Assembly (NCBI GenBank): GCA_053919585.1
Contig: CM132785.1
Source of the DNA: Euprymna scolopes
Lineage: Eukaryota
Length of the DNA: 64,000 bases
Strand: one strand, 5' to 3'
Shown in pieces: positions 11,909 through 26,050 of this stretch; within the stretch, counting starts at the first letter, position 1, and each line of letters begins with the position of its first letter. The position numbers were made by a program, and so were the translations under genes. A model generated the notes under the pieces. That model had not been told where the DNA came from and did no database searches. It saw only the letters and a list, made by a program, of their open reading frames with translations.

Positions 11909-13740
11909 ATTTTGTGAATCTTATTTTAGAAATGTAGCAATTAAATTATATTTGATACATTTTTGTTTTCTCTATCAATGTAATTGTCAGCTAAATATTT
12001 AAATAAACATTAAAACGAATGTCACTTTTCGACACGCATATCAGATTGTACTATTTCCGTGACTGAGACAATTTGATATCAAAACAATTCATTTTAAAAT
12101 TGGTTAAGTCACTAATATCAGATTAATCCTCATCTTTGGGTGTTCGATATTTTTTTTTTTGTATAAAAGATAACGTACACCTGAACAAAAATTATATTGG
12201 CTTATATAGACGGGCGTAAAGAATACTTTTGTTCAAATTTCCCAACTGTATTCCCATTAAAATCTTATGTCACCCAGAGTAATGTTTACTATTAAATCTA
12301 TAATATGAAATTTGGCAGACTTCTGATGTGAATTTCAATATATGGTTACATTTAATGCTACTAAGGCAAAGCGCCTTTCCTTTGTGTAAGACTTCATATT
12401 TTTTATGAGTATAAAATGCTGCAAAAATACTTTTTGTTTTCTTTTTAACATAACTTTTTAAAATCTATCCATTTTTAACGTCTTTTTTTTGTTTGCTTTA
12501 CAGCATATCAGTCCTTTGACTTAATTTTTGAATCCTATTTGCTTCCACTTCAAGTACATTTATAATGAAAAATAGCACTGGGCGAAGAGAAGCGTTATTC
12601 ATGACGTTTTCGTTTATTACTTATGATGTAATTTTATGTATATAACGCCAGGTGGAATTACTAGAACTTTGCTTAGATCTAGTACTCTGAAAAGTAATAC
12701 CTCTCCAGGTCAAACTGAAGAGATTGTAAACCTCTTTAAAAGTTCCCAAATTTCAGTCTCACCACTGGATGTAGTTGAATGTGACACAGGAGATACCATT
12801 TTTTTTTTTTTTTTTTTTAACGGTAACTAATCTTATCAAAGATGTTGCTATCGTCCTTCCTCTACTCTATTATGTTCATGGTATTTGTTTGACTGAGCTC
12901 TAATTCATAGTAATAACTCGTCTAACTTAAACTTTTTCTCCTACTTTACCAAAACTCAAACGGAATTGCCAGGAACAGTGTTCCGGTGCAAATTTACTAT
13001 AGCGTTTCTTTGAAAAATGCATTTCTTAGATAAACATTTTCACACGTGGCATGTCATGTCAAAATTAGTATAAATTTCAAATTACGAAAAATGATCCAGT
13101 AAAAACAGTAATTTTGGAACTTGCGATTTTTTTACTATAAATAACTCTTTTGAAGACCGAAAACGGGGTGGGGAGATAACTGCGTTCTATCATTTAAGTT
13201 GCTTTGTACAGAATCTGCTGACATTCTTTCAGGTCGGCCATCTTCCTTCTTTTCAATAATATTGCACACATTTTTCTGAAAATCAGTGCTAACACATTTT
13301 ACACTGGACCATTTTTAGTAAGTTTTGGAATTTATACTAACTGCGACATGACATTTAAATAATGTTTTCCCCTAAAATGCCTTTGTTCGAAAATACACGA
13401 TTGGGTCGGAGGACACACTATAGTAAAGTTGCACCAATGTTTCTTTCCTGAAAAATCCCATCTGTAGAACACGATATTATGAACCGACAACATGGTCGTC
13501 TTCCAGTTTAATATAAACAAATACTCAAAAAAAAATTTTTTTTTTTTTTTTTTTTGTCATATTTTTCTAATTCTGCCCACCATTTCTAATTCTCATGTAG
13601 CAGTGATCACCGCCTAACCAATCATTCTTTTAAGCATTATCCTCAAGTAGACCCAAAACCTTGATAAGATGTGACCTATCAATAAGAGAAAAATATTTAA
13701 AATGATCTAGTCCGACTTTAAACTCTGATTCAAATTTAAT

Positions 13741-13765
13741 TAATTTTTTTTTTTTTCTTTTTCAG
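13741..13765 (+). other. Splice acceptor of the first coding exon
   Basis: Long poly-pyrimidine tract ending TTCAG at 13765. The ATG follows 30 nt later, which implies upstream non-coding exon(s). Confidence 0.85.
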
Positions 13766-13795
13766 GAAGAATACGACTTTGGCTGAGATTCTGTG

Positions 13796-15526
13796 ATGGA
13801 GAAATTTGCTGTATCCCCATTGAAATTCATCTGCTGCCTCGTGTTCTTCCTGTCCACGGCAGCTCATGGCAATCCTGAATTAACGTTGCTCCGAGTGCAG
13901 GAGAACCTGTCCAACAATACTCTTGTTGGGACATTCAGTACAAACCCAAGGAACATATACTGGACTGCTGCAAACAAAAATCTGCTGGAAAGAATGTTCA
14001 AAATTAACACCACTGCTGGCACAGTTCGAACCAGGGTTCCGCTTGACAGGGAAGAGCACAGTTCATATGAATTCACTGTCTTAGCAATTAACAAACAGTT
14101 CACTATAAAAATTGAGGTTCTAGATGTTAATGATAATGACCCTGTGTTTCATCCGAATTTCTTATCAAAACGACTCTCCGAGACAGCATCTGATATGAAG
14201 ATACCCTTAGGAAGCGTGTCCGACAGTGACATTGGGAAGAATAGTATAAGTGGATGTGAAATTGTCTCTGGCAATACAGACAACGTCTTTAGGCTCATAA
14301 CAAAGGTCACAAACCAAAGACTTCTGCTCGATCTGGCTGTCAATAGAAAGCTAGACTACGAACGCACCCCTTTCTACAGTTTGAAACTAAGAGCATTTGA
14401 TGGTGGGGATAAGCCACGCTCTTCATACTTGATGTTGAATATCAGCATAATTGACAGCAATGATAACTACCCCATGTTCCCAATGAGTCTCTACAATGCA
14501 ACGCTTATGGAGAATTCCACTGTTGGAACAAGCATCCTTCGCGTGTCGGCAACAGACTCTGATTCCGGAGAGAATGGAAAGATCCGTTTTTCAATTGACC
14601 ACAAATCTGACATGGAGGAGCACTTTGCCATTAATTCGGTCACTGGGGTCATCAGTTTGCAGAAACCAGTTGACTTTGAAACTCGGAAAATCTACGACTT
14701 GGTTGTCATAGCAACTGATAATGGCTCTGAACCTCTTGCATCCCAAGCCGCTGTCTCGATATCCATTTTGAACATTAACGAGCACCCACCCGATATCCAT
14801 CTGACTTTCCTTACTGGCAATGAGACTGTCGGCCGAATCTCAGAAGGAGCCAAACCTGGGGACTATGTAGCCCGAATATCTGTCAGTGATCCAGATGCTG
14901 CCCTCCAACCAGATGGCAACATCAATATAAACATCTCTCTTATTGGTGGAGATGGTCGTTTCAATCTAACGACTAAAGACAGCATTGTGTATTTGGTGTT
15001 AGTCCAGATGCCACTGGACCGTGAGCTTAAACCCTTTTACAACCTAACTGTGATCGCAAGAGACTCGGGTTCTCCCCCTTTAGAAAGCCGTCTATCCTTC
15101 TTGCTGAGGGTCGATGACATAAACGACAATAAGCCAAACTTCACGCGGACTGTCTATCATGCAGAAGTGCAGGAGGCTGTGCAAAAAGGTGTGTCCGTGA
15201 TCCAGGTTCATGCGGAGGACAAAGACGAAGGCAACAACTCTACCATAACCTATTCGATCATTCACACACCCGAAACCAATTCTAATTGGTTTACAATAAA
15301 TTCTCGCAATGGACTTATCACAACCAATGCCAAAGTTGACTGCGAGACAAATTCGCAGCCTCGGATTACCGTCCAAGCTATTGATGGCGGCGTTCCTCCA
15401 ATGTCTGCCACGGCATTAGTGATTGTTACCATTCGTGATATCAACGATAACCAACCCAGTTTCACGCATAGTTACTACAATGTTTCTATCCAGGAGAATA
15501 CGACAGTCAACACCTGCATTCTTACG
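13796..15526 (+). CDS. ds: Dachsous-type atypical cadherin, first coding exon (577 codons; signal peptide, EC1-EC5, start of EC6); gene is 3'-partial
   Basis: ATG at 13796 and a hydrophobic signal (FICCLVFFLSTAAHG). Five cadherin repeats with LDRE/LDYE/VDFE and DxNDN motifs. Dachsous-like segments ISEGAKPGDYVARISVSDPD and WFTINSRNGLITTNAKVDCETNSQPRITV...YNVSIQENTTVNTCIL. Ends at a canonical phase-0 donor, ACG|GTAAGT (15526/15527). Cadherin call is near certain; dachsous orthology rests on recalled motif similarity. Confidence 0.85.
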
Positions 15527-17083
15527 GTAAGTCTTTGGGTATTTGTTGTTTCTTTGTATGTTTTTTTTTATTTAATGTTTCTACTATCTGTAACAATTAA
15601 TTTGGTTTTCTTAGCAAGTTTGAACCTGATCTTGTCAGTTGTAATCAGTGTTTTCTTTTTAAAGGATTTTATTAGCCTCGTATGACATGGTGTGTGAATA
15701 GCAAACAAATAAATCAATTTAAACTTTGTATTGCCTCTTGCTGGGGAAATATTAAGCTTTTAGTGTGTGTGTGAGAGAGAGAGGTGTAAAATTTGCAGAA
15801 AAACATGAAAATTGCTGAGCTTTTTAATCACCAGCATGGATATCTGATGTTGCATGGTTGGCAACATTCAAAGAACATTAGTATTTGTGCAGGTTACAGA
15901 CCCTGCTAAAATGTTATTCAGACTACCATTAACATGAGGATATGAAGTTTTTTTTTGTTTTTTGTTTTTTTTTAACTATTCAGTAGTTTCATCTTTAACA
16001 ACCAAAATACTGTCAAAATAACAGGGTTTATAAACTGCATAAGCATCAGAACATGTATTATTTGGATTATTTTGAACTAGTATTCTCATCTTGAAAATTC
16101 TGAGGAATAATCCAGATTGTGGCTTTTCACTCTACAATTCAATGGTGAAGAGCGGATAGTTTTGCTATATCATTTTGTTTTGTGTAATGAAGTGTTTGAC
16201 GGTTCTAGCTGTTTAACAAACTGGGTATAGCCTAATGGATACTAATGCAGACTAAAATTGGTATTGCATTCACTTATGTAATATCACTATCATGAAAAGT
16301 GTGGGAGGATGAAGGAAAGTGATCTAATGGATGCTGGAATTGACTGAAATTGATTGTTGAAAACAGATGTTATTTAACTAGAATAGGTTTCTGTTAGGTT
16401 CGAGACAATGGATACCCACTGTAAGGATGCTTGTGCATGGAATCTATTTTGAAGCAAGGGTTATGCAGTCTGTACTATTTGAATATTTACACACTTTGAA
16501 TATTGTTTCTTGTTGAGAGAAATATCAAGCTCTTATTTAGTTTAAGGTGTATAAGGGATATTTTCTTAAGTTGAGATATGAGTGTGTATGTATGTATGTG
16601 TGTGCGTATATATATATATATATATATATAATGTTAGTGTGTGTGCTACTTTTCTCTTAATCTTTGTCTGCTAGTTTCACTTTTTCATTGAAATTACTGG
16701 ATCGATCCAGCTGAAATTTTGTGTTATAAGGTGTAGCAAATTAAGTATTATGGTACTTGTTTCATGCACAATTAAAGATTAATAGGATTAATATTTAATG
16801 CAAAAGTGAGCACACATTCATTTTATTTTTAAATGTATATATAATTACATTTCACAATAGCCTGAGCCCAGATTTCATTTTGATGGGAGGTTCATGGCAA
16901 ATATACTAAATGTAGGCTCAAGCATTTACCTTGTTAACAAATAGGATTTTGACTAAGTCTTGCCTTCATAGCTTGCAATAGGAAACGAATGCCAATCACC
17001 AAGTTTTTTTTTTTTCTTTCTCGAAAATTTATTTAAAATTCAACGGGCTCCATGTTTCTGAAGGAAAGTGTTAATTGTTGCAG

Positions 17084-17129
<46 letters not shown>

Positions 17130-18488
17130 AAAAAAAAATTTATTAGGTTGTATTAAAATATTGTCGTTTTATGTACTTGACTAAAAACTTAGAGCGGGTT
17201 CATAGCCTTAAACATTACCAACATGAACAAATATGTTCGCTATTATGAAAGGTATGGTCTTTAAATTCTCTCCTTAATAAAATAACATATTTAATGGATC
17301 AATTATAATATCAACTAAGTTGATTTGCCATAAATCAAAGTAAGTTATAAAGGGATTTCAGCTATTAGACTCTTTGGCTTGTTAGAAATGCTAAAGGTTA
17401 TATTCCATTGAATTATGAGTGCTTTGTCAAATGTCTGGAGTAAATGTGGTATTTTGGCAACTAATCCCTATTTATAATTAACTGTGCATCGAACGGATAC
17501 CATAATACTTAGTTCCCTGCACTTTATTACAAATGGCAATACAAAATTATATTTGATTAACAATGGTCATTGCAAGAAATGTTGCTTTTCAAAGTATATT
17601 GTCACATGAACATAAGGAGCTACTATTTGGAATCATGCCTACAGGGACAGTGAGGGGGAGTTGAGCAGTGAGGTATCTGTTCGTATTACATCTAAATTTC
17701 TACACAGTCGGTTAAGCAGGAAATGTGGCGGGAATTCCAAAGTGTAGAAATTCAAAGGAAGAAACTATTATAGTAGAAAGCTTTCCAGAATCTAGGAACC
17801 TCTGAAGGGGTGGGATTGTGCTGCTCTCGGGAAAGTATTTTCATTGAGGGTGCGGTGTACTATTGCTAAGAGTTTGTCAAAACACCTTCCATTAAAGTAC
17901 TTGTAAACTAAGCACAGCAATGGGACAGGGGTTGCAACTTTGACAATGCAGGACCTATTAGATTGGAGACTTTTTATCAATGAGAGAGACTAGTGGGAGA
18001 TGCATCAGCTCAGATGTGGTAACAATGCTCCTTGTAAGTAAAAGGCGTATCGAGAAACCCTGCAGATATGACTAATCATGACGTACTTAAAATATTTTAC
18101 GATATACAACATTCATAATTGAAGCTGCTCAGTCTTTATTCACTTGTCTTCCAACGAGGGTAGTTAGAAACAAGGTTGTTTTTTAATGTGAGCGAAATCT
18201 AGCTTCCTGGAAGAGGTACTGTTTTAAATTGACTTGGTCTAGAAGGATTTCTTCTCTACTGACCGTGGAGAGAAAAAAAATGAATAGATACTTCACTTTG
18301 TTCCAAGTCAAAAAGGCCAATCAATAATCTTCTTGACAGTGTCATTGAAAACTTTCGGCATGAAACCGCCAATTTCCTCTAAGTATAAGAATGAACACCA
18401 CCTCGCTTTTCTGATTAGTTTAATGTCAATCAATGCATATAGTATGCATCTAAAAGTGGGACGTTCATCAGGTTGGTGCGGGTGTGTA

Positions 18489-18517
<29 letters not shown>

Positions 18518-18520
<3 letters not shown>

Positions 18521-18910
18521 ACTGGTTGCCCGGTTATACAATATGCTTAAACATTTTAATTTTAATTTATGCAGATTGTGTATATATTATTACCAGGAAT
18601 AATTTGCCCGGTTGATTATCATTTTTATTTTTGAGAATTGGCTTAATTCTAAAAACATTTGTTCATCAAATTCCGTCTGTTTGTTTACAACTGATATTTA
18701 GGCTGGACGATGAATGCCCTGGAAAAGTCACTTCTGGTTAAGGTTTTAAAATATGCAAATAAAATTATTTGCGGCAATTTTAAATGATACCTCTGTTATT
18801 GTAAATTGAATTCATTAATAAGAAAAAATTTTCAAATGTTGAGGTACACCTGGGCTTAAAGAGGGATCATTCGATCTATATTAAAATGCTCTCACTGTGC
18901 TATATCTGTA
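18518..18910 (-). mobile_element. Decayed non-autonomous Helitron, same family as 61425-61959
   Basis: ggttgcccggttatacaatatgcttaaaca...ttatgcagattg...gaataatttgcccggttgatt is the reverse complement of about 61823-61945. Right boundary approximate. Confidence 0.6.
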
Positions 18911-19329
18911 GATGACAAGAATTGTTTTTAAGAAATGATTTGCTGAGATCTTATCTCCCTTGGCCGGTGTAAGGTAAAATATTCCCCTGTAAAAATTCTT
19001 TTCTCTTTAAGAAAGAAAAAATATTAGGATCGGATGTTTTCGCTATTTATCAGATGAATTTCTGTAAAACATATCTAAGAACACTGATAAACACAAATTA
19101 CCTTTGTGTGAAATTTGCAAAAGGTAGGTTCATCCGTTTCAGAACCTATGAGAAAGGGGCTCTTCCCCCCCCACACACACACACACATATATATATCATT
19201 ATTATATCTGACAATCTAATATACTCAGGAAAAATCATTTTAACTTTAAAATGCATTTACTTCAGTTTTAGCTAATTCAAAATTCTTACAGCAACTTGAT
19301 CTAATTTTCTATATCTTCTGCTGGGTTCC

Positions 19330-19610
19330 AAGATTGCTAGCCAGGCAACGTTGAGCCTGGTCAGTACTAAATCGTTGACTAGAATTGACTGTCTGTTTAA
19401 TACAATACTAGAGGTTGCTTCCCAACTGGCTATAACGTGGTTGTTTTCAAGTTTAATGGGAATGAGTCCGAGTCATTTCCTTAAATCAAATTATTTACAA
19501 TTTCCGCCACAATCGATCGTCATGGTGCTGTCTCAGCGTCCACCTAACTCCTTTAACTCTTATCCTCCAATGACCTTTGGGCCTTGATAAGTGGTGACTT
19601 TCTAGCAAAA
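19330..19610 (+). mobile_element. 3' end of CR1-group LINE (sense copy)
   Basis: ctttaactcttatcctccaatgacctttgggccttgataagtggtgac matches the 3' UTR of the 22771-23660 element. Confidence 0.65.
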
Positions 19611-20962
19611 GAAAACGACTGTATTATATATTAAGTATTTTTTTAAAATACAAATGAATTGGGCACCTGTTCAATTTTAGCATAAAATGGTCAACGATGC
19701 CATAAATATCCAACAATTACAGGGATAAAGCTTATTCTAAGTGAATCTTTTCCTCGTATTGTATCTGTCTTATCTACACCTAATTCCGAAAGAATATTGC
19801 CTTCAAGTAATATGCATCACATTGTGAACTGATGTATTTGTCCAACACTCTTGGAAGGTTAAAGGTTTCCCAGGTTTGTATTTGGTTTTAAGTTAAGCCA
19901 AAAACTAAGAGTTGAAAAAGGCAAATAAAACTTGTTTAAAGAATGCGAATAATGAAAATGTTAAGAGCAGTTATTAAATTATATCAAGGTTGTAATTTTT
20001 GTCTTTAAATTGATTTGTTATGAAAGCAGGGCCGTCACCACGGCAGAATGTGCAATAATTTTTGGAAAAGCCACAAACAAATCTTAGCCATTTTAATCTT
20101 AAACAATGACTAAGGTATATTTTTTACCCCCCCCCTCCTTTTTTTAATCAGCTTGTTCAAGCTGAGGAGGGAGCATTCTACCGAATGTCAAATATTCGCC
20201 TGCTAACTCAGGTCTTCCAATCAAGAGATCTTAAAATTTTGACTGTCCCTTTAAATGCAACTGTTTGAATCTCTCTTGCACTTGGTTCACCAGGTATATT
20301 TGCCAAATAATTTTCTTAACTGCAAGATTAAATGCACAACAAACTGTTTTTATCGTGTGTGTTTATTCATTTGTTTTCCCCACATACTGCCGAGTAGAAT
20401 CTAGCATCTGTGTCCAAGATCTGGTTCTTCAGATGTCATATCAGGCGATGTTTGCCTTAACACTATTCTGGCAAGCTGTGAGGCTGACTTGAACCATCTG
20501 ACCCTTTGTCAGAATACAGTATCATTTGGGTCAGTCCTAGGCGTGTTCTTTCAGGCATTACCTCCACCTATTTTACGATGGTGGCTAAATTTTTTGCTGT
20601 TCCCCTAATTGTACTCCAATTCAAAAAAAAAAAAAAAAAGTAATTTTACTGAAAGTTTACATGTCAGAAAATAAATAAAATCGGTAACTTTTATTTGTGA
20701 TGTCGGCGCCAGAGAGTTTAAGTTCTTTGGTCATTTAATGCAGGCGTGCAGCTTGGAAAAAGCTTGATACAAGAAAATATCACAACAAAACAGCAGAGGA
20801 AGACAAGGTTCACTGACAGTCTCAACAGGGTCATTTGAAATACGACTATAGATCTCACCAGAAAGAACGAATGCAAAAGGGAATGGCGAGCCATGATCAT
20901 TGGTGTATGCAATAACAGACCTGATACCTGAAAAAGAACCTTTTTTTTTTTTTTTATTTTAT

Positions 20963-21215
20963 TATAAAGGAGTCACCACTTATCAAGGGCCGGAGGCCAC
21001 TCAACGATAAGGGTTAATGAGTACACGGTAGTCAATGGGGAAATATATTAGTAACTGTTAGTGGAAATTTGGTAAATGTATAAGGATTGCTTTTGTCATT
21101 GGATCTTTCAAGTTTTGATAGGAAAATGAAAAAAGTTCTTTATTATTTGCAGTACCCAGGTTGAATCTTTCACTTTTCAGAAAGAATTCTGTCAAGCAAT
21201 TTACCGAGTTGGCAA
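20963..21215 (-). mobile_element. 3' end of CR1-group LINE
   Basis: poly-T then aaaggagtcaccacttatcaagggccggaggccactcaacgataagggttaatgagt, the same 3' UTR as at 22771 and 39321. Confidence 0.75.
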
Positions 21216-22770
21216 TTTAAATTGCCCGTTGTTAGCACAAATAAAATGGTGATGATGGCGGCGTTAACGCTGTTAATTCTTGTGAGCTTTTCTTAGTTGT
21301 GTGCATGATTTTGTATTTCTTTCTCTTTTCCGCAAAAGAAGCCAAGTGTTCACTGTACACTGCACACATTAAAACTTCGCTGTGTGTGGTCTGACCAATG
21401 GCATTCTGGCTTGTAACTCCTTTGCAAGGCCTTGACACAAATTAAATGAAAAGCAATTTCTCAACTGGAAGAAATGCAGCTTGGTGCTTTAGATTTGAGC
21501 TTACACGATTAAAATGATAATATTGTTGTTTGAATGGTTAAACTTATAAAAATAAGAGAACAATTCTTTCCCTCTTAACATATGCGAGTGTGGGTGTGAC
21601 TCTATTATTCTTTCCTCTGCCAATACTTTTTTTCATTATTTTCGTTATTATCTTAACTTCCCGCGAGCTTATCGGCTTAACAGTCGGTTAAATCTAATCA
21701 TAATTTAATTATTTTTCCGAAAACACTATTTTTAATGTTATCTATTCATCGTTTTTGTGTGGAATTTTATACAGGAAATTATATAAGAAATAAGGTTAAT
21801 ATTTTTTCTTTTCGATCTAACTTTCTTATCCGACATGTCATTTTGAAGCCCAGGAGGTTAACATTTTTTACTAGGCCTCATATAACACTCAGCAGTATTT
21901 TTAATCTTCTGTCTTCGTATAAAACAATGTTTACAAGATAGCCTATTTTTTTTTTTTACTTAAAAGCAAAAAAAGCATTTTATATTTATAAAACTAGCAA
22001 ATATGTTCTACCTGGTTGCCTTTATTGCTACGTTAGAAATATTAAATAAGAACTACATGCAAGTAATTAAAGTAAATGATTAAAATTTCTACTGCTATTA
22101 ATGTTTACCCATTCATTTTTTCTTTTATAGTCTATGCATAAACTAATTCAAACTAATAAAAAATCTGACTCCACACCAAAGCTATAATTATTTTAAGGTA
22201 ATGTTTTAAGGTTGATTTATAAATAGTTCAAATAAAAAAACTAAAAAAACGTGTATATAATATATATATATATATATGAAAACCCTGATATAAAACCTGC
22301 GGCAACTGCTGCTTCCAATGATGTTGACTTGCTCTTTTTGGTTCAATGTGGCAGTTGTTTACAGAGTGGGATTGTCTCTGTGCAAAGTCTTTCCTCACTA
22401 CAAAAAGCTTCGAGCACAGGCATTACTTGATATGCAATGGAATACACACTTTTCAATCAGTGTGTCTCGATAATAAAGAGGCTGGCTGTAGCCTGAAACG
22501 GCAAACAGACATTAGGACTGATGCAGATATGGGCGTGAATGGCAATAAAGGCTCTGGAACTTCCAGGGTCTGGCCTGGTAGGTGGCCAGGGCACCACAGC
22601 TTGAACCAGGTCATCAGTGGATGTGCTGGACTATAGAAGGTTCATAAAGGTGACCATCTGGCACGTGCTGCGAGTTGTGCTCATGTTTTGCGTCATTTGA
22701 GCCAGAGATATAAGTAATGGCAATACTCAGGAACGAGTTTTTTTGTTTTTTCTTTGTCTTTTTTTTTTTT

Positions 22771-23660
22771 ACACAGGCATCACCACATTATCAAGGCCCA
22801 GAGGTCACTCGAGGATAAGGGTTAAAGAGTGTACAGTAGAAATTTGACAATATAGTAATCATTAGTAATGAAAATTCGGTAAATTTGTTAACTTATATGG
22901 AACGGCTCATCAAGAACTTATTTACGTTAGACTTGAAGACAACCATATTGTAGTCAGCAAGAAAGTAGGAAAACGGAAGACAATTCCACAGGCTTGCAAT
23001 TCTAAGAAAGAAGCTTTGTTCATGGAATCTACGTTTAGGTTTAGGCACAGATAAAGAGTGGGGGAATTATTGATAGTGCTAGACGAGTGTTTCTTGTGAA
23101 AGTTTGGCGAGGGGGGACCATAGACGGAAGCTCAGTCGAACACTTTCCATGAAAATAACGATACGTCAGAGACAAACTCGCAACATCTCTTCTGTGAGAT
23201 AGAGGTTGCAGGGAAGAGAAAAGGACATCTCCTACAAGGCTACGAAGTCTATTTTGAACTCTATCAAGGCAGGATAAGTCCTTTCTAGCAGCTCCTGCCC
23301 AGATGTGGCAACAGTATTCCATCCTTGGACGTACCTGGCTCTTATATAGATAGAGAATGGCATCAGTAGTGATCGATCTACTGGATCGATAGAAAGATCC
23401 CACCATTTTTCCAGTGGCCTTGGCAACAGATTTGATGTAAGTGTTCCATTTAAGATCAGGAGTAACGGTCAAGCCCAGAAGCTTGTCAAAACTTGCGTCC
23501 TCCTGAAGACGAGAGCCATTCATTTCAATTGATGCCAGATGTGGATCAGAATGTTGATGATGTAAAGAGAGAAGCTTGGTTTTAGATGCATTAAAAATAA
23601 CTAGCCACTCCTTTCCCCATTGTACCACATGCTCAAGATCAGAGGAGAGAGAATCTGCCA
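22771..23660 (-). mobile_element. 5'-truncated CR1-group LINE (RT C-terminus and 3' UTR)
   Basis: ORF 23041-23760: LSSDLEHVVQWGKEWLVIFNASKT...LLGLTVTPDLKWNTYI...LYKSQVRPRMEYCCHIWAGA...LSHRRDVASLSLTYRYFHGKCS. T-rich tail at 22738-22770; the 5' junction abuts (TA)n. Confidence 0.9.
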
Positions 23661-24009
23661 TATATATATATATATATATATTAGTATCATCGTGAGTTGA
23701 TAGAACCTTAAACTGATTTCCAATCATGCCATCTGTTTTATTTGTTCGGAATTTATACAATATTTACCATTTCTAAAAGTAGTTAAAATCTCTTTCAGAA
23801 TAAGAAAAATTCTGCAATCCTATTATAAATTTCTGTACTGTCTGTGTGTGTATGACGCAGTTTAAGTCAGCCTACAGGCAACCTACCCAGGCAGTTAAGG
23901 TACCAAAATGAAGCTTATGACCCAGCGGATGTTTTAGTGGTATTTATATTCATGTTTGGTGTATGTAAATGTAAAATAAATGCAGAAAAATGCAAAGCAG
24001 TAGTGGTGA

Positions 24010-24460
24010 TAGGAGTTAAATCGGTGGGAGTAGTAGCAGACAAAAATAGTAGTGGTCATAGGAGGTAAATTGGTGGGAGTAGCAACAGCAGCCGTTAGGC
24101 AAAGTGGTGGTGAGAAGCATTAAATCGGTGGGAGTAGCAACAGCAGTCAGCGATTAATATCGATTGAAAAATACAAGATTTTTGTTTATTTTTAAAAATT
24201 ACTTCCATTTTCTTCGTCTGATTAAACCCATGTATCTCTTTTTTTCGTTAATATTGGTTGAAAAAATACAAGAGTTTTTTTTTGTTTGTTTACTTTTAAA
24301 AAATAAATACATTTTCTCCGTCTGATTACAAAAAAAGAGTGGACTTTCTCTGATTTGCCCAGGGTGGTCAGTTCAGACCACCGATCATTAAAATAATACT
24401 TTTACCTACGTGTATTTTTTTTTTTTTTGCGTTAATATTGGTTGAAAATATATATTTTTT
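24010..24460 (+). repeat. Two adjacent degenerate tandem repeat sets, probably internal to a non-autonomous element
   Basis: taaatcggtgggagtagcaacagcag-like unit x3 (24017-24146), followed by ttaatattggttgaaaa-like units x3. Confidence 0.6.
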
Positions 24461-24761
24461 AGTAATTCAAGGAAACATCTACAGAAGAACCGACAAAAAA
24501 AAAAGTAATTGCTAACTTTAGTTTCATAAATATTGGTTGTGTAAATACACTGTACTTATTCGCTTTTCTTTTACAATATGCACCCATCTGGCTGCAACGG
24601 GGCTACTTGTTATTTAAATATTGTGACAGACTGACAAAATTTATTTTATATATAAGGACGAAATCGAACCTTTGTAAAATGGCATTTAATTTTCTGATTT
24701 GTAAATATGTTTGGTTTCGATTTCTTTTTTTTCTTTTGGATTTACTGTTGACTAAACATTT

Positions 24762-26050
24762 ATGAAGGCCAGAAGCTACTCGAAGATAAAGGTTAATGAA
24801 ATGTGAATATTGTCAGCTGAAATTTGCTAATCAATGAACAAAATTTTCCTAGTGGAATAATTCATAAGTACTTTTTGACATTGGTTTTGAAGACAATTTG
24901 GTTGTAGACTGCATGGAAACAATTCTGTTGTAATGTTTCACAAACGATAATTCCCCACAAAATCTTCATGGAAATTCCTAATGCTAGGGACATGGGGGGA
25001 AAATGGCAATGTCCTTTCGCAATTTGATAGGAAGAGATCCTGTTAATACCTTACAAAGAGGACCAGAGATTGGAATTCGGTCAAGCAGCTTCGTTAAAAA
25101 TAACGAGAGGCTAGTAACGTCTTTTTCTGTGAGTAGTTTACTAGTATACACGGATGTCAACCAACCTTGTAAACTGGAACATCTTATTTTTACTTTCCTA
25201 ATGATTATATAAAGCAAGTTTCTATCCATAACAAATTCAGCCCATAACAAATTCGGTAACCGTGTGATGTTTATCTTAACGCAGTTCCTCTTCTAAGTTT
25301 TGAAATAGATGAATCAGAAGGCCAGCTTTACTTTCTCGTGCTTTGACCTATTAATGGCAGATCGATACTGATTAGAGTATTGGGATCTTTCGTTTTATCT
25401 CAGATTGGCATTGATTGATTTCTAAGTAGGATGATGTTGATTGTGAGGTTGGTAACACTGAAAACCTTGCCAACAGTTTTAACACTGTTAGTCCCAATTT
25501 TAGATTAAGTTGCTTTGTTTCTTTTTATTTTTGTATATCTTCCTCCGCCGTCTCGAGTTTATTTCTTGCGGGTTTCTTTAAACTGCTTTTCATATTTAGT
25601 GCTTCAAGTCTCTGATTCGATGTTACAATCTAAAGAGTTGCTACCAGGTTGAATCCTGTAATATCGCTTGTGTATTCGAACCAGATCTAACTAGATCTAC
25701 CACACTCTAGTGCCCAGAATATCCTGGCTAGTGATATGTTTCCAATATTTGTCTCTGTTCTGATATTACGGATTCCGATTCTTATTGAAACCTTTATTTA
25801 TGTTCTTAAATTACCGTAAATAAAAAAAAACGATGTAATATCTACATATATATTTGCAAACGCAACATACTGTCGGAGTAATGTAGTTTTTAGTTTCCTG
25901 AAAGTTCCATTTGACAAAGGTTTTTGTAGTGTTCTTGCTAAGATTTCATGAAGGGAAACCCCGATATTGGAACTGTCAAGCACATAGTATAGAAATTCTG
26001 ATACAACCATTGTCTGTCTTAAATCGGATAACCTCTCCCTATGATCAAGT
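24762..26050 (-). mobile_element. Old, internally deleted copy of the CR1-group LINE
   Basis: 3' UTR motif gaaggccagaagctactcgaagataaaggttaatga at about 24764. More distal decayed coding-like sequence includes an SNIG(R)-like endonuclease start near 25955-25975. Boundaries approximate. Confidence 0.4.

Noticed and set aside
13793-15685. 630-aa ORF as a complete single-exon protocadherin
   Set aside because: A canonical donor at 15527 falls mid-EC6, there is no cytoplasmic domain, and the motifs fit dachsous. The read-through tail is kept only as a hypothesis.
15880-16130. cag|GTTACAGACCCT (VTDP) and AATCCAGATTGTGGC (NPDCG) as the next cadherin exon
   Set aside because: The first frame closes after 14 codons, the second has no acceptor, and neither continues as a cadherin repeat.
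22280-22740. GC-richer block with ORF 22346-22636 as an exon
   Set aside because: No recognisable domain or convincing splice sites; more likely an old repeat fragment.
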